From Dehalococcoidia bacterium (GTDB taxonomy: Bacteria > Chloroflexota > Dehalococcoidia > Lucifugimonadales > UBA3495): DNA of 64,000 bases. The stretch is from the NCBI GenBank assembly GCA_963663945.1, contig OY760687.1:3095387-3159386 (forward strand). Reading direction: 5' to 3'. Shown here piece by piece: positions 1 to 8,928 of this stretch (its first letter is position 1; every line of letters starts with the position of its first letter). The notes below the pieces were generated by a model that had not been told where the DNA came from, did not search any database, and saw nothing but the letters and a program-made list of their open reading frames with translations. The position numbers and the translations under genes are program-made.

Positions 1-723
1 CCCCATCGGGAAGGTGTAGGTGTTCTGCTCGCCGTTGCGGTAGTGCAGCGGAGCCCCGTGGTTGGCTGCCACGTGGGGCATCGCCAGCGAGTCCAGGAAC
101 ATCAGGCTGTCGATCATGGACAGGTCAATGTACTGGCCCTCGCCCGTCTGCTGCCGGTGAAACAGCGCGTATCCCACCGCCATTGCCCCGGTCATGCCGG
201 TGATGGTGTCGCCGATGCCGCCCCCGATGGTGTACGGCGCGCCGTCCCGTTCGCCAGTGATCCAGTTGAGGCCGCTGACGGCCTGCGCCACCGGATCGGT
301 GCAGACGTGCTCGGGGTTGTGCGCGAATCCCTCCTGCCCGTAGCCCGTCATGGAACACATGATGATGCTCGGGTTGAGCGCGCGCAGGTTGGGGTAATCA
401 AGCCCGTAGCTCCGCACGACGTGGGGCGTGTAATTCTCCACAAGCACGTCGGCCCGCTTGACCAGGGCGTGGACTATCTCCAGCCCGGCCTCCGTCTTCA
501 GGTCGACGCACAGGCTCTTCTTGCCGCCGTTCAGGTGCAGATACGGCACGCCGTTGCGCGTGGGCAGCGACTCCGGCGTGAACCGTTCGTCCTGATCCGC
601 CACCGGACGCTCGATCTTGATCACATCGGCGCCCATATCGGCCATGATCCGGCTGCAGAACGGCCCGACAAACGCCGCCGTAAAATCCAGAACCGTTACC
701 CCAGCCAGCAGTCCTGTAGACAT
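1..723 (-). CDS. Family III CoA-transferase (CaiB/BaiF-like), C-terminal part lies beyond window edge
   Basis: Reverse frame from ATG (rc of 721-723) reads MSTGLLAGVTVLDFTAAFVGPFCSRIMADMGADVIKIERP..., a typical family III CoA-transferase N-terminus. GAGGAGG RBS upstream. The frame stays open to position 1, so it has no stop and is absent from the ORF track. Confidence 0.85.
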   Translation of the reverse strand, partial: MSTGLLAGVTVLDFTAAFVGPFCSRIMADMGADVIKIERPVADQDERFTPESLPTRNGVPYLHLNGGKKSLCVDLKTEAGLEIVHALVKRADVLVENYTPHVVRSYGLDYPNLRALNPSIIMCSMTGYGQEGFAHNPEHVCTDPVAQAVSGLNWITGERDGAPYTIGGGIGDTITGMTGAMAVGYALFHRQQTGEGQYIDLSMIDSLMFLDSLAMPHVAANHGAPLHYRNGEQNTYTFPMG

Positions 724-752
724 GAACAACCTCCTCGTCTGCCGCTCACCCG

Positions 753-758
753 ATTGTA
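753..758 (-). promoter_or_regulatory. Candidate -10 box (TACAAT on minus strand) for the CoA-transferase gene
   Basis: attgta on the plus strand equals TACAAT on the minus strand, about 30 nt upstream of the ATG. No convincing -35. Confidence 0.3.
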
Positions 759-872
759 CACGCCACGGGTGAGCCGGCTCCGCAAGGGTTGGTCCCCAGG
801 GCCCGTTGAGAAGGTCGCCGAAATTACGGTCGAGCTATGGCGGCGCGGGCATTTCGGGAGGCGCCGTCGCCG

Positions 873-1286
873 TCAGATCCCCAATGCGGCTACCCCAGCC
901 TTGGCGATGGCTTCGTCGTCGAGCCCGCTGGGCAGGCCGCCCACGCCGATGGCGCCGACCACCACGCCGTCATGGAACACCGCTACTCCCCCGGCCAGCG
1001 CTATCAACTGGGCGTCACCGAAGGACTCCAGCGACCGGCCCGTGCTGCTGAGTTGCTCGGCGAACGCGGCGGTATCCATGGAGCGGACCGCGGATGTGTA
1101 GGCCTTGCGGAGGGCGAAGGTGGGCCTGAGACACCGGTCCATCCGGGCGTAGGCCAGCAGGTTTCCGGCATCGTCCACCACGGCCATATCGACCTTGCGC
1201 CGGTCCGGATCCCGGTTGAAATCGGCGATCATGGCAGTGATGGCGTTCTGAGCCTGTTCCAGGCTGATCATGGATTTGTTGTACAT
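873..1286 (-). CDS. GlcG/HbpS-like haem-binding protein (DUF336)
   Basis: 137 aa. Contains DDAGNLLAYARMD and GGVAVFHDGVVVGAIGVGG blocks typical of GlcG/DUF336. AGGAGA RBS. Confidence 0.85.
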   Translation of the reverse strand: MYNKSMISLEQAQNAITAMIADFNRDPDRRKVDMAVVDDAGNLLAYARMDRCLRPTFALRKAYTSAVRSMDTAAFAEQLSSTGRSLESFGDAQLIALAGGVAVFHDGVVVGAIGVGGLPSGLDDEAIAKAGVAALGI

Positions 1287-1300
1287 GGTTACGTCTCCTT

Positions 1301-1330
1301 GAAATTGGCGTTAACGAAATTGGCGTTGAC
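1301..1330. repeat. Tandem 2 x 15 bp direct repeat (gaaattggcgttaac / gaaattggcgttgac) just upstream of the glcG-like RBS
   Basis: Read directly; one mismatch between the two copies. Confidence 0.8.
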
Positions 1331-1409
1331 AGATCGCGAGGCTCTACTGGACGGGCGATGGGCGCGTGCAGTCAGACGCCGCCCCGACGAGACCGGCCGT
1401 GAGTTGGAT

Positions 1410-2498
1410 TTACCTCCTCCCATACAGGCGGTTGAGATTACCGAGTCGGTTGGGGTCCAGGTCCCTGCCCCGCAGGGCGGGATGGTCAGGGCCGTACCGA
1501 TGAGCGCGGAATACGGCGTTGGCCATGCCCCACTGGGACGGAACGAAGAAGGGGCTGACATATTCCCACACTATCTCGGTTGCCGGCGTAACCTCGAACA
1601 GCCTTCCTTGCTGACCTTCGGTGATGAGGGTGTTGCCGTTGGGCAGGCGTTGGGCCCCGCCGGTGAAGTGGGTGAAGAACGACACCATCGGCCGGCCCTG
1701 GTATTGCCAAACAATTTCGCTGGTCGAGGGATCCACCTCGACAACCCGGGAATAGCTGAGGCCGCGCCGGTGGGACCCGTTGTCCAGCAGCAGCACGTTG
1801 CCATTGTCCAGGTAGGTGGGATGATGCTGGTGGGATATGTTCCCCGGCCCCCACTTCCAGGTGATCTCCCCGGTTGCCCGGTCCACCATCGCCACGGTGT
1901 CAAGAATGCGAAAACTGACCAGGAATGAACTGCCGTCGGGAGACGCCGTCAGGTCGTTGGCGCTTCCCCAGGCATCCCGCCTTTCCAGGGGGCAGATCAC
2001 GTCCGTCTCCGGGTCCAGGTGGTCGGCGGAATGCCAGGCGTTGACCTCGGTCCCGTCGGGAGCAACCTCCACCACCTGGTCGCCAAGCATTTGCTCCGGG
2101 TCGTTGGCGGTGGCGAAACCACCCGAAACCCTGCGGCTCAGGTCGGTGGAAATCCGGTCGCGCTGGAGCAGCATCAGGTTGTTGCCGTTGGGGAGCCGGG
2201 CGTGGCGTCGCAGGCTGGGGTCGTGGTGCTCCCAGACCAGCCGGCCGTCCCAATCCAACTCACGGATATGGTCAGCGCCCGGCGGGTTGGCCCCCAGGTC
2301 ACGGAATAGCATGTTGCCATTGTCCAGCAGGAAACCGTACGCGATACCGCCGGGATAATGCCAACGATGGACGAAGTTGCCCTCCATATCAATAAGGTAG
2401 GCATCATCCCCGCCGTTGGGAGAGAAGAGCGTGTATCCCCGGTGGGCTCCGGACGAGTCATAACGGATCAATCCGGTGGGACGGTGGGACGTGTTCAT
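1410..2498 (-). CDS. Arylsulfotransferase (ASST)-like beta-propeller protein
   Basis: 362 aa. Repeated blade motifs LLDNGNMLF, LPNGNNLML, LDNGNVLLLDNG and LPNGNTLITEG. GAGGAG RBS. Confidence 0.7.
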   Translation of the reverse strand: MNTSHRPTGLIRYDSSGAHRGYTLFSPNGGDDAYLIDMEGNFVHRWHYPGGIAYGFLLDNGNMLFRDLGANPPGADHIRELDWDGRLVWEHHDPSLRRHARLPNGNNLMLLQRDRISTDLSRRVSGGFATANDPEQMLGDQVVEVAPDGTEVNAWHSADHLDPETDVICPLERRDAWGSANDLTASPDGSSFLVSFRILDTVAMVDRATGEITWKWGPGNISHQHHPTYLDNGNVLLLDNGSHRRGLSYSRVVEVDPSTSEIVWQYQGRPMVSFFTHFTGGAQRLPNGNTLITEGQQGRLFEVTPATEIVWEYVSPFFVPSQWGMANAVFRAHRYGPDHPALRGRDLDPNRLGNLNRLYGRR

Positions 2499-2667
2499 GG
2501 GGCCGCTCCTCTGATGTTGCCCGGACCAATCGTGTCGCCCGGACCAATGCCATCAACCGATTTCGCTGCCGGTTCAATCCGTGAGCCGCTGACAGAGGAT
2601 ACCGGGTGTGTGACCGGTGGTAAACTCGGCGCGACCCCGAGACTCAAACCACGCCCGGCGGCAGGAG

Positions 2668-3603
2668 ATGGTTCGAATGCGCATCGCGGTACCCGACCTG
2701 GTGTCCAACTCCTATTTCCCGGCGGTTGCCGCGGTGGATTTGGGGTTCTTCAAGTCCCAGGGAATGGATGTGGAGTTGGAGATGGTCTTCCCGGTGGGCC
2801 GCGCCATGCAGGCGTTGCAGGACGGCGACGTGGACTTCGTGGCGGGTCCTGCCCACGCCACCCCATCCGCGTTCACAGACTGGCAAGGCGCAAAGCTGTT
2901 GGCCGCGCTGTCCCAGCATACCTTCTGGCTGCTGGTGTTGCGCGCCGACCTGGGAGTTCAACCCGGCGACGTCGCGGCGGTCAAGGGCCTGCGTATCGGT
3001 GCGGCCCCGGGGCCGGATGCTGCCTTGCGCCGGCTGCTGGTCGAAGCGGGTGTTGATCCTGAGCGAGACGGTGTCGCGCTGGGCCCGGTGCCCGGCAGCG
3101 GCGACGCCGGCGTGTCCTTCGGCGTCCACGCTGCCCAGGCCCTGCGAGAAGGGATCATCGACGGGTTCTGGGCCAACGCCATGGGAGCAGAGGTAGCAAT
3201 ACGCAGCGGTGTGGGCGCCGTGGCCCTGGATCCCAGGCAGGGTCTCGGCCCGCCGCCCGCCCGGGACTTCACTTTTGCGGCGCTGGTCGCCACCGAAAGG
3301 TTGATTGAACAATCCCCGGCCGCAGCCCAGGGCGCCGTGCTCGCCATCGTGGCGGCGCAAAGCGCGCTGCGGGCCGACCCGTCGCTGGCCGCCGATATTG
3401 GCCGGCGGCTGTTTCCGCCCGACGAGGCCCAGTTGATCGAGGACCTCGTGCGGCGGGACGCTCCCTACTACTCCGCCGAGATTTCGCCCGACTCCGTGGC
3501 CAGCCTCACTGATTTCTGCCACAGTCTCGGCTCGCTCTCCGCAGACGTGGCCTATGAGCAGGTGGTGGCCGTCGACTTCGCCCATCTCTGGACCCAGAGG
3601 TAG
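2668..3603 (+). CDS. NMT1/THI5-like (NitT/TauT-type) solute-binding-fold protein, cytoplasmic
   Basis: Periplasmic-binding-fold composition with no signal peptide. ATG 2668 (or 2677) preferred over track start 2617 because of the GGAG just upstream. Its stop abuts the next gene. Confidence 0.65.
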   Translation: MVRMRIAVPDLVSNSYFPAVAAVDLGFFKSQGMDVELEMVFPVGRAMQALQDGDVDFVAGPAHATPSAFTDWQGAKLLAALSQHTFWLLVLRADLGVQPGDVAAVKGLRIGAAPGPDAALRRLLVEAGVDPERDGVALGPVPGSGDAGVSFGVHAAQALREGIIDGFWANAMGAEVAIRSGVGAVALDPRQGLGPPPARDFTFAALVATERLIEQSPAAAQGAVLAIVAAQSALRADPSLAADIGRRLFPPDEAQLIEDLVRRDAPYYSAEISPDSVASLTDFCHSLGSLSADVAYEQVVAVDFAHLWTQR

Positions 3604-3610
3604 GTGGGTG

Positions 3611-4603
3611 ATGAGAGTCGATATCAGGGTGCCCGTCGGCCTGCCGCTCCCCGAAACTGCCGATTTCATCGCCAAATGCGAAGAGGCCGGATTCTCGGGT
3701 GTTGGCGTCCATGACCATCAGCACAGCGGGCGGGACGTGTTTCTGACCCTGGCCCTGGCCGCCGAGCGGACCTCCCGGCTCACGCTGTACCCCGCGACCT
3801 CCAACCCGGTCACCCGTCACCCGATGGTGCTGGCCTCGCTGGCCCACTCGCTGGAGGAGATTGCGCCGGAGCGCGTGCGCCTGACCGTGGCCCCCGGCTA
3901 CCTCGCCGTGGGCAATATCGGGCGGCCCCGCGCCACCGTGGCGGCCATGCGCCGGTCCATCCTGACCATTCGCCGCCTGCTGAGAGGCGAGACCGTGGAG
4001 TTCAACGGTTTCGAGACTCGTCTGCGCAATGTCAGCGACCCGACCACGCCAGTGCTCATGACCGCGGCTGGCCCACGGATGGTTGAACTGGCCGGCGAGG
4101 TCGCCGACGGCGCGCTGTTGCTGGTCGGCCTCCATCCTCTAGCGGTCAATGCCGCCCGCCGCCGGCTGGAGATCGGAGCGGCACGGTCGGGACGCAGCCT
4201 CGACGGATTCCAGACGATCTTCATCACCCCGACAACGGTATCGGTTGATGGGCCGGCCGCCCGTCGCTTCCCCCAACAGCGGTTCCGGCCGGATCAGCCG
4301 TACCTGAAATACCCCAGCGACTCCAACCTGGTCTGGCTGCGAGAGGCCGGCATCGACCTGGCCGACAACTTCGTCCCCGAAAGCATCAGCAACGCCCAGG
4401 CCGCCGAAATCTGCGACGCCTTCGGTCTGTTCGGCACACCCGGGGAATGCCTTGCCCGGCTCAAGCGGGCACGCGACGAATCGGGCATCGATCACGTTTT
4501 CATCTTTCCCACCCACACCCAGGAGGGTGGTTACGACATGCCGCAACCCGAGGTGGACGCCTTCCGGGAGACCATCATCCCAGGTTTGGCCACCCAGTCC
4601 TGA
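3611..4603 (+). CDS. LLM-class (luciferase-like) flavin/F420-dependent oxidoreductase
   Basis: TIM-barrel LLM pattern (AEEAGFSGVGVHDH..., LTLYPATSNPVTRHP, FGTPGECLARL). ATG 3611 lies 8 nt after the upstream stop. Confidence 0.8.
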   Translation: MRVDIRVPVGLPLPETADFIAKCEEAGFSGVGVHDHQHSGRDVFLTLALAAERTSRLTLYPATSNPVTRHPMVLASLAHSLEEIAPERVRLTVAPGYLAVGNIGRPRATVAAMRRSILTIRRLLRGETVEFNGFETRLRNVSDPTTPVLMTAAGPRMVELAGEVADGALLLVGLHPLAVNAARRRLEIGAARSGRSLDGFQTIFITPTTVSVDGPAARRFPQQRFRPDQPYLKYPSDSNLVWLREAGIDLADNFVPESISNAQAAEICDAFGLFGTPGECLARLKRARDESGIDHVFIFPTHTQEGGYDMPQPEVDAFRETIIPGLATQS

Positions 4604-4788
4604 CGGCCCTCCGCTCGTCTACCCGGCGCGGAACAAATCGAAGATGATCGCGACGAGGCGCTACAGATCACCCCGCAGGGGATCGTCGTGTCTGTGCGCT
4701 CAATCGCCGCGTTGACAGCCCTATGTACGCGGACTACACTCGCCACCGCTGAACTGCCGGAAAATCCAACGTACCAGATGGGCCGATA

Positions 4789-5820
4789 ATGCTTTCCACC
4801 GACGTTTCTGATGCCATCGAGTTGATGTTCGAGACCGGGTGGACCGATGGCCTGCCGGTCGTGCCGCCATCCGAAGACCTGGTCCGCAAGTTTGTGGAGA
4901 GCGCCGGCCGCAGCGGCGACGAACTCGTCGCGGAACTGCCGCCCCTGGGCGGACGCGCCACCGTCGAGCGCATCGCGGTCAACGCGGTCATGGCGGGTTG
5001 CCTGCCGGAGCATATGCCGGTGATCATCACCGCCCTCGAAGCGATGATGGACGAGCGGTTCAACCTGCGGGGCGTGATGTGCTCCACCGGCATCCACACG
5101 CCGCTGTTGATCATCAACGGCCCCATCGTCAAGGAGTTGGACATCAACGGCGGCTACAACTGCTTCGGCTCCGGTTGGCGGGCCAACGCCACCATCGGCC
5201 GCGCCGTCAAACTGGCCCTCTTCAACCTGGGCGGCGCCATTCCTGGCGAGACCAACAAGGCCACCTTCGGCCACCCCGGCGCCTACACCTACTGCGTCGC
5301 CGAGGACGAGGACGCCAACCCCTGGGAGCCCATGCACGTCGAGCTGGGCTTCGCTCCCACCGACAGCACGGTGTCGGTGTTCCCGGCGGAGGCGCCTCAC
5401 AACATCATGTACCACGCCTCCCACTCGCGGAACTTCCTGTCCGTTCTTGCCGACACCATGTGCACCCTGGGCAACGTCCAGATGTACGTCATGGGCGACA
5501 CCTTCGTGGTCATTGGCCCCGAGCACGCCAAGTTCCTCCACCGCGACGGCTGGAACAAGCGGGACATCCGCCAGTTTCTCTACGAGAACGCCCGCAAGCC
5601 GGTGCGTAAACTCCGCCAGGGCGGCCCGCCCCAGGGAGACTCGCGCCGCGGCCACTTCTGGCCCAGGTACATCGACGCCGATGACGACGACCAGATGGTG
5701 CCGGTGGTCCGCTCCCCGGACCGCATCAACATTTTCGTCGCCGGTGGCGCCGGCGGCCCCCACTCGGCCTACCTGCCCGGCTGGGGCTCGCGCCGGGTCA
5801 CGCGAAAGATCCCGGGTTGA
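4789..5820 (+). CDS. Conserved hypothetical protein (N-terminal GWTDGLPVVPP motif)
   Basis: 343 aa ORF with coding-like composition, directly upstream of the UGSC gene. I cannot name a family. Confidence 0.6.
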   Translation: MLSTDVSDAIELMFETGWTDGLPVVPPSEDLVRKFVESAGRSGDELVAELPPLGGRATVERIAVNAVMAGCLPEHMPVIITALEAMMDERFNLRGVMCSTGIHTPLLIINGPIVKELDINGGYNCFGSGWRANATIGRAVKLALFNLGGAIPGETNKATFGHPGAYTYCVAEDEDANPWEPMHVELGFAPTDSTVSVFPAEAPHNIMYHASHSRNFLSVLADTMCTLGNVQMYVMGDTFVVIGPEHAKFLHRDGWNKRDIRQFLYENARKPVRKLRQGGPPQGDSRRGHFWPRYIDADDDDQMVPVVRSPDRINIFVAGGAGGPHSAYLPGWGSRRVTRKIPG

Positions 5821-5882
5821 TTGCAGATCCAGGACTCCAGACCCCGTATCAAGTGCGGGGTGACGTTATTGCAGAGGTAACG

Positions 5883-6440
5883 ATGACTGTCACAAACTAT
5901 CAGGACCGGATGCGGGAGTTGGGCCTGGCCCTGCCCATCGACCCGGACGCGGCGTCACGCTGGCGGGCCGCGCCCCGGCTGGACACGCTGCACGACAAGG
6001 TCGGCGGCTTCCTGGGCAACCGCAAGGCCAACGCCGACCTCCTGTTGCGAAACATCGGCGAGCGGATGGCGAAAGACCTCGAACTGGGCGACATCCTCGC
6101 GGTGGACAAGTACGTCTATTCCCGGCCGGCCGCCGATGACATCATCAGCGATCTCTCCGAGCGCTGCGACTTCGTGGTCACAGCGATTGCCGATTGAGGC
6201 TCCTGCACCGCGTGCAGTGTGCACGACGCAATGACCCTGGAGAACCTCGGCATCCCCACGGTGGTGCTCTGCACCGACCCATTCCTGAACTCGGCCTTCC
6301 TCCACGCCCGCACCTTTGGCCGCCCCGACTTCCACCCGCTCGGCATTCCCCACCCCCTGGGCGGCCTGACTCCCGACCAGGTCTCGGTCCGCGCCGGCGA
6401 GCTGGAACAGGCGGTTATCGATACGCTGACAACCTACTAA
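5883..6440 (+). CDS. UGSC-family selenoprotein (in-frame UGA at 6195-6197 read as Sec)
   Basis: Track ORFs 5817..6197 and 6219..6440 share a frame. Read-through gives ...VVTAIAD-U-GSCTACSVHDAMTLENLGIPTVV.... ATG 5883 with AGAGGT RBS gives 185 aa. A hairpin follows the UGA. Confidence 0.75.
6203..6225 (+). promoter_or_regulatory. SECIS-like hairpin(s) downstream of UGA 6195
   Basis: Two alternative hairpins: ctgcac-cgc-gtgcag (6203-6217) or cgtgca-gtg-tgcacg (6211-6225). Confidence 0.5.
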
Positions 6441-6494
6441 ACCTACCAACAACCTGACCCCGGGGTCACCGGGCGCGATCAAGGAGACGAGGAC

Positions 6495-7388
6495 ATGGTC
6501 ACCGTCGGCAGTGGCAAGTACACCTACGAGCAGGTCGAGAACTGGGAGAAGTTGCCCGAGGGATGGGTGCTCGGCCAGACGGCCATCGTCACCGACTCCG
6601 AGGACCGAGTATATCTCTTCAACCGCGGCGAACACCCGCTGATCGTCCTTGACCGCGACGGCAACTATCTCGCCTCCTGGGGCGAGGGCGTTCTCACCGA
6701 CGCCCACGGCATGTTCATCGACGACGACGAGAACCTCTACATGCCGGTCAAGAACAGCCACGTGGTCCTCAAGTATGACCCCACGGGCAACCTGCTGATG
6801 ACCATGGGCGAGTGGGATAAGCCCTCGGACACCGGCTGGTCAGGGAACTACAGCGATACGGTCGTCAGGGCGGCCGGGCCGTTCAACAGCCCCAGCGACA
6901 TCGCCATTTCCCCGGACGGCCTGCTCTACATCTCCGACGGCTACGGGAACGCCCGGGTGCACCGGTTCACTCCCGACGGCGAACTGGTGGACTCCTGGGG
7001 CGCGCCAGGTAAAACCGGTCCCGGCGAATTCCACGTCCCCCACGGAGTCTGGGTGCACACGGACGGGCGGGTGTTCGTGGCCGACCGCGAGAACAACCGC
7101 ATGCAGATCTTCGACTCCCAGGGCAACTTCCTGGAGCAGTGGACGGATCTCGCGCGACCCTGCGACATCTACATCGACGACGATCTCGCGGTGTACGTGC
7201 CGGAGTTGGACGGTTTCATGTCCATCCTGGACATCGAGGGCAACGTCCTGGCCCGCTGGGGCAGCCCCCGCGACGCCGGATGGGGCAACGGCGCCCACGC
7301 CGTCTGGGTCGACTCCCACGGCGACATCTACGTGAACCAGAACCTGGAGGGCGAGCGGCTGATCAAGTACCGCCACGTCGGCGGCTAG
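6495..7388 (+). CDS. NHL-repeat beta-propeller (peptidyl-alpha-hydroxyglycine amidating lyase-like)
   Basis: Repeated blades such as PSDIAISPDGLLYISDGYGNARVHRF and PHGVWVHTDGRVFVADRENNRMQIF. AGGAGA RBS. Confidence 0.8.
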   Translation: MVTVGSGKYTYEQVENWEKLPEGWVLGQTAIVTDSEDRVYLFNRGEHPLIVLDRDGNYLASWGEGVLTDAHGMFIDDDENLYMPVKNSHVVLKYDPTGNLLMTMGEWDKPSDTGWSGNYSDTVVRAAGPFNSPSDIAISPDGLLYISDGYGNARVHRFTPDGELVDSWGAPGKTGPGEFHVPHGVWVHTDGRVFVADRENNRMQIFDSQGNFLEQWTDLARPCDIYIDDDLAVYVPELDGFMSILDIEGNVLARWGSPRDAGWGNGAHAVWVDSHGDIYVNQNLEGERLIKYRHVGG

Positions 7389-7417
7389 GGCCCGTTGGCA
7401 CTTCGAAAACTCCCTCT

Positions 7418-7521
7418 CGTCATTCCGGCCTTGAGCCGGAATCCATAGCCTGCGATATGACGAAACAGGGAGGATAGCGTACGATTTTGACCGCTGGATT
7501 CCTGCTTTCTCAGGAATGACG
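7418..7521. repeat. Two inverted REP/MITE-like palindromic units (CGTCATTCC-N10/11-GGAATCCA)
   Basis: Unit 1 is on the plus strand at 7418-7445 (8-bp stem attccggc/gccggaat). Unit 2 is on the minus strand at 7495-7521 (7-bp stem attcctg/caggaat). Confidence 0.7.
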
Positions 7522-7637
7522 GTGACGAATATCGACCAGTCCAGCGTCCGGATTAATAGAAACCGGTCGGCAGGGAAGTTCAGCCGCCTTTTCCGGAGGG
7601 ACAGGCCGCCCGCCTAGGGGCGGGTCAGGGTGAGGAT

Positions 7638-8651
7638 ATGCGCGTTGGTTATCAGGTCGGTCATGTGGTGCAGCGGGACAGCATCGACCATCAGCAACAA
7701 TGGCAGAACCACCTGGAGCAGTTCCGGGCCTCGCGTGACGCCGGGTTCGACATCTATTGCTGGGGCCACCATTACCTGATTGATCCCTTCCAGCACTTCC
7801 AACCCTGGCCGGTGCTGGCGCGGCTGGCCGCCGAGCCGGGGAACATGCAACTGGCCACCTCGGTCCTGTTGCTGCCACTGCTGAATCCGGTGGACGTCGC
7901 CGAGCAGGCCGCGACCCTGGACCACATCGCGGAAGGGCGCTTCATCCTCGGCATCGGCCTGGGCTACCGGCCGGAGGAGTTCGAAGCCTTCGGAACCAGC
8001 CTGTCACATCGCGGCGCCCGCTGCACCGAGGCGCTCGGGCTGATGCGCCGCCTGTGGACCGAGGATGAGGTCACCCACCACGGCCGCCACTTCCACGTCA
8101 CCGGAGCGCGTCCCACCGCCCGGCCCTACCAGCAGCCCCACCCCAAGATCTGGCAGGCGGCGATGAGCGATCCGGCGGTGCGCCGGGTCGGCCGCAGCGG
8201 CGACATCCTCTACGTCGGGCCCGCCCAGTCCAACGCTGCCATCCGGCGCCAGATATCGCTGTACCACGAGACCCTCGAGGAAAACGGCCACGACATCCCC
8301 GAGGACATGGTCATCGTGCGCGAGTTCTACTGCGGCCCGACCCACGATGAGGCGCTGGAACGGGCCAGCGCCAAGCTCGCGAGGAAGTACGAGGTCTACG
8401 CCCAACACGGTCTCCACGGCGCAGACGATGAGCTGACCAGCAAGGTTACCGGCGACCTGGAAACACTGATGGACGACACCTTCCTGGTGGGCAGCCCCGA
8501 GGAATGCGTCGAGCAGATCGCCGCCTACCACGAGATGGGGTTCACCGACGTGGCCCTGCGGTTGTTCTATCCAGACATGTCCCAGGCCGAGGTGCTGGAG
8601 CATATCGACCTGGTGGGGCGTGAGGTCATCCCGGCGTTGCACGCCCTGTAG
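7638..8651 (+). CDS. LLM-class flavin-dependent oxidoreductase
   Basis: 337 aa with the luciferase-like pattern (GRFILGIGLGYRPEEFEAFG, FLVGSPEECVEQI). GAGGA RBS. Confidence 0.85.
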   Translation: MRVGYQVGHVVQRDSIDHQQQWQNHLEQFRASRDAGFDIYCWGHHYLIDPFQHFQPWPVLARLAAEPGNMQLATSVLLLPLLNPVDVAEQAATLDHIAEGRFILGIGLGYRPEEFEAFGTSLSHRGARCTEALGLMRRLWTEDEVTHHGRHFHVTGARPTARPYQQPHPKIWQAAMSDPAVRRVGRSGDILYVGPAQSNAAIRRQISLYHETLEENGHDIPEDMVIVREFYCGPTHDEALERASAKLARKYEVYAQHGLHGADDELTSKVTGDLETLMDDTFLVGSPEECVEQIAAYHEMGFTDVALRLFYPDMSQAEVLEHIDLVGREVIPALHAL

Positions 8652-8858
8652 TCCGCGTCGTAAGCCCGGCATGAAGGCGTCGCAACGTCGCCTGCCTCGC
8701 GGCATCAAACTGCTTCTCGCCCTTCAAGATATCCGGGCTGCTGCCAGGATTGCGTATCATCCGTACCATTGCCCGTGGGCAGCGCCCAATATCCGCAGGT
8801 TCCCGCTGACCCCATCGCCAACGCAACAGATCACCATCCGGTCGCCGTTCTGCTCATC

Positions 8859-8886
8859 TTGACAACCCCATGGCCCAAGTTACAAT
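8859..8886 (+). promoter_or_regulatory. Sigma-70-type promoter TTGACA-16-TACAAT
   Basis: TTGACA at 8859-8864 and TACAAT at 8881-8886, 43 nt upstream of ATG 8929. Confidence 0.65.
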
Positions 8887-8928
8887 CGCCGGAAAGCTCA
8901 CCACCGACGACACCAAGGAGACGCTCAC

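Noticed and set aside
4601-4788. Frame stays open for about 61 codons after the TGA stop of the LLM gene, raising the idea of another Sec read-through.
   Set aside because: The LLM protein is already full length. The extension has no protein-like pattern, no Cys-motif context and no nearby hairpin.
8620-8928. ORF 8620..8862 is in the same frame as the hydrolase gene at 8929.
   Set aside because: The translation looks non-coding. The interval contains a strong TTGACA-16-TACAAT promoter and an RBS for ATG 8929.
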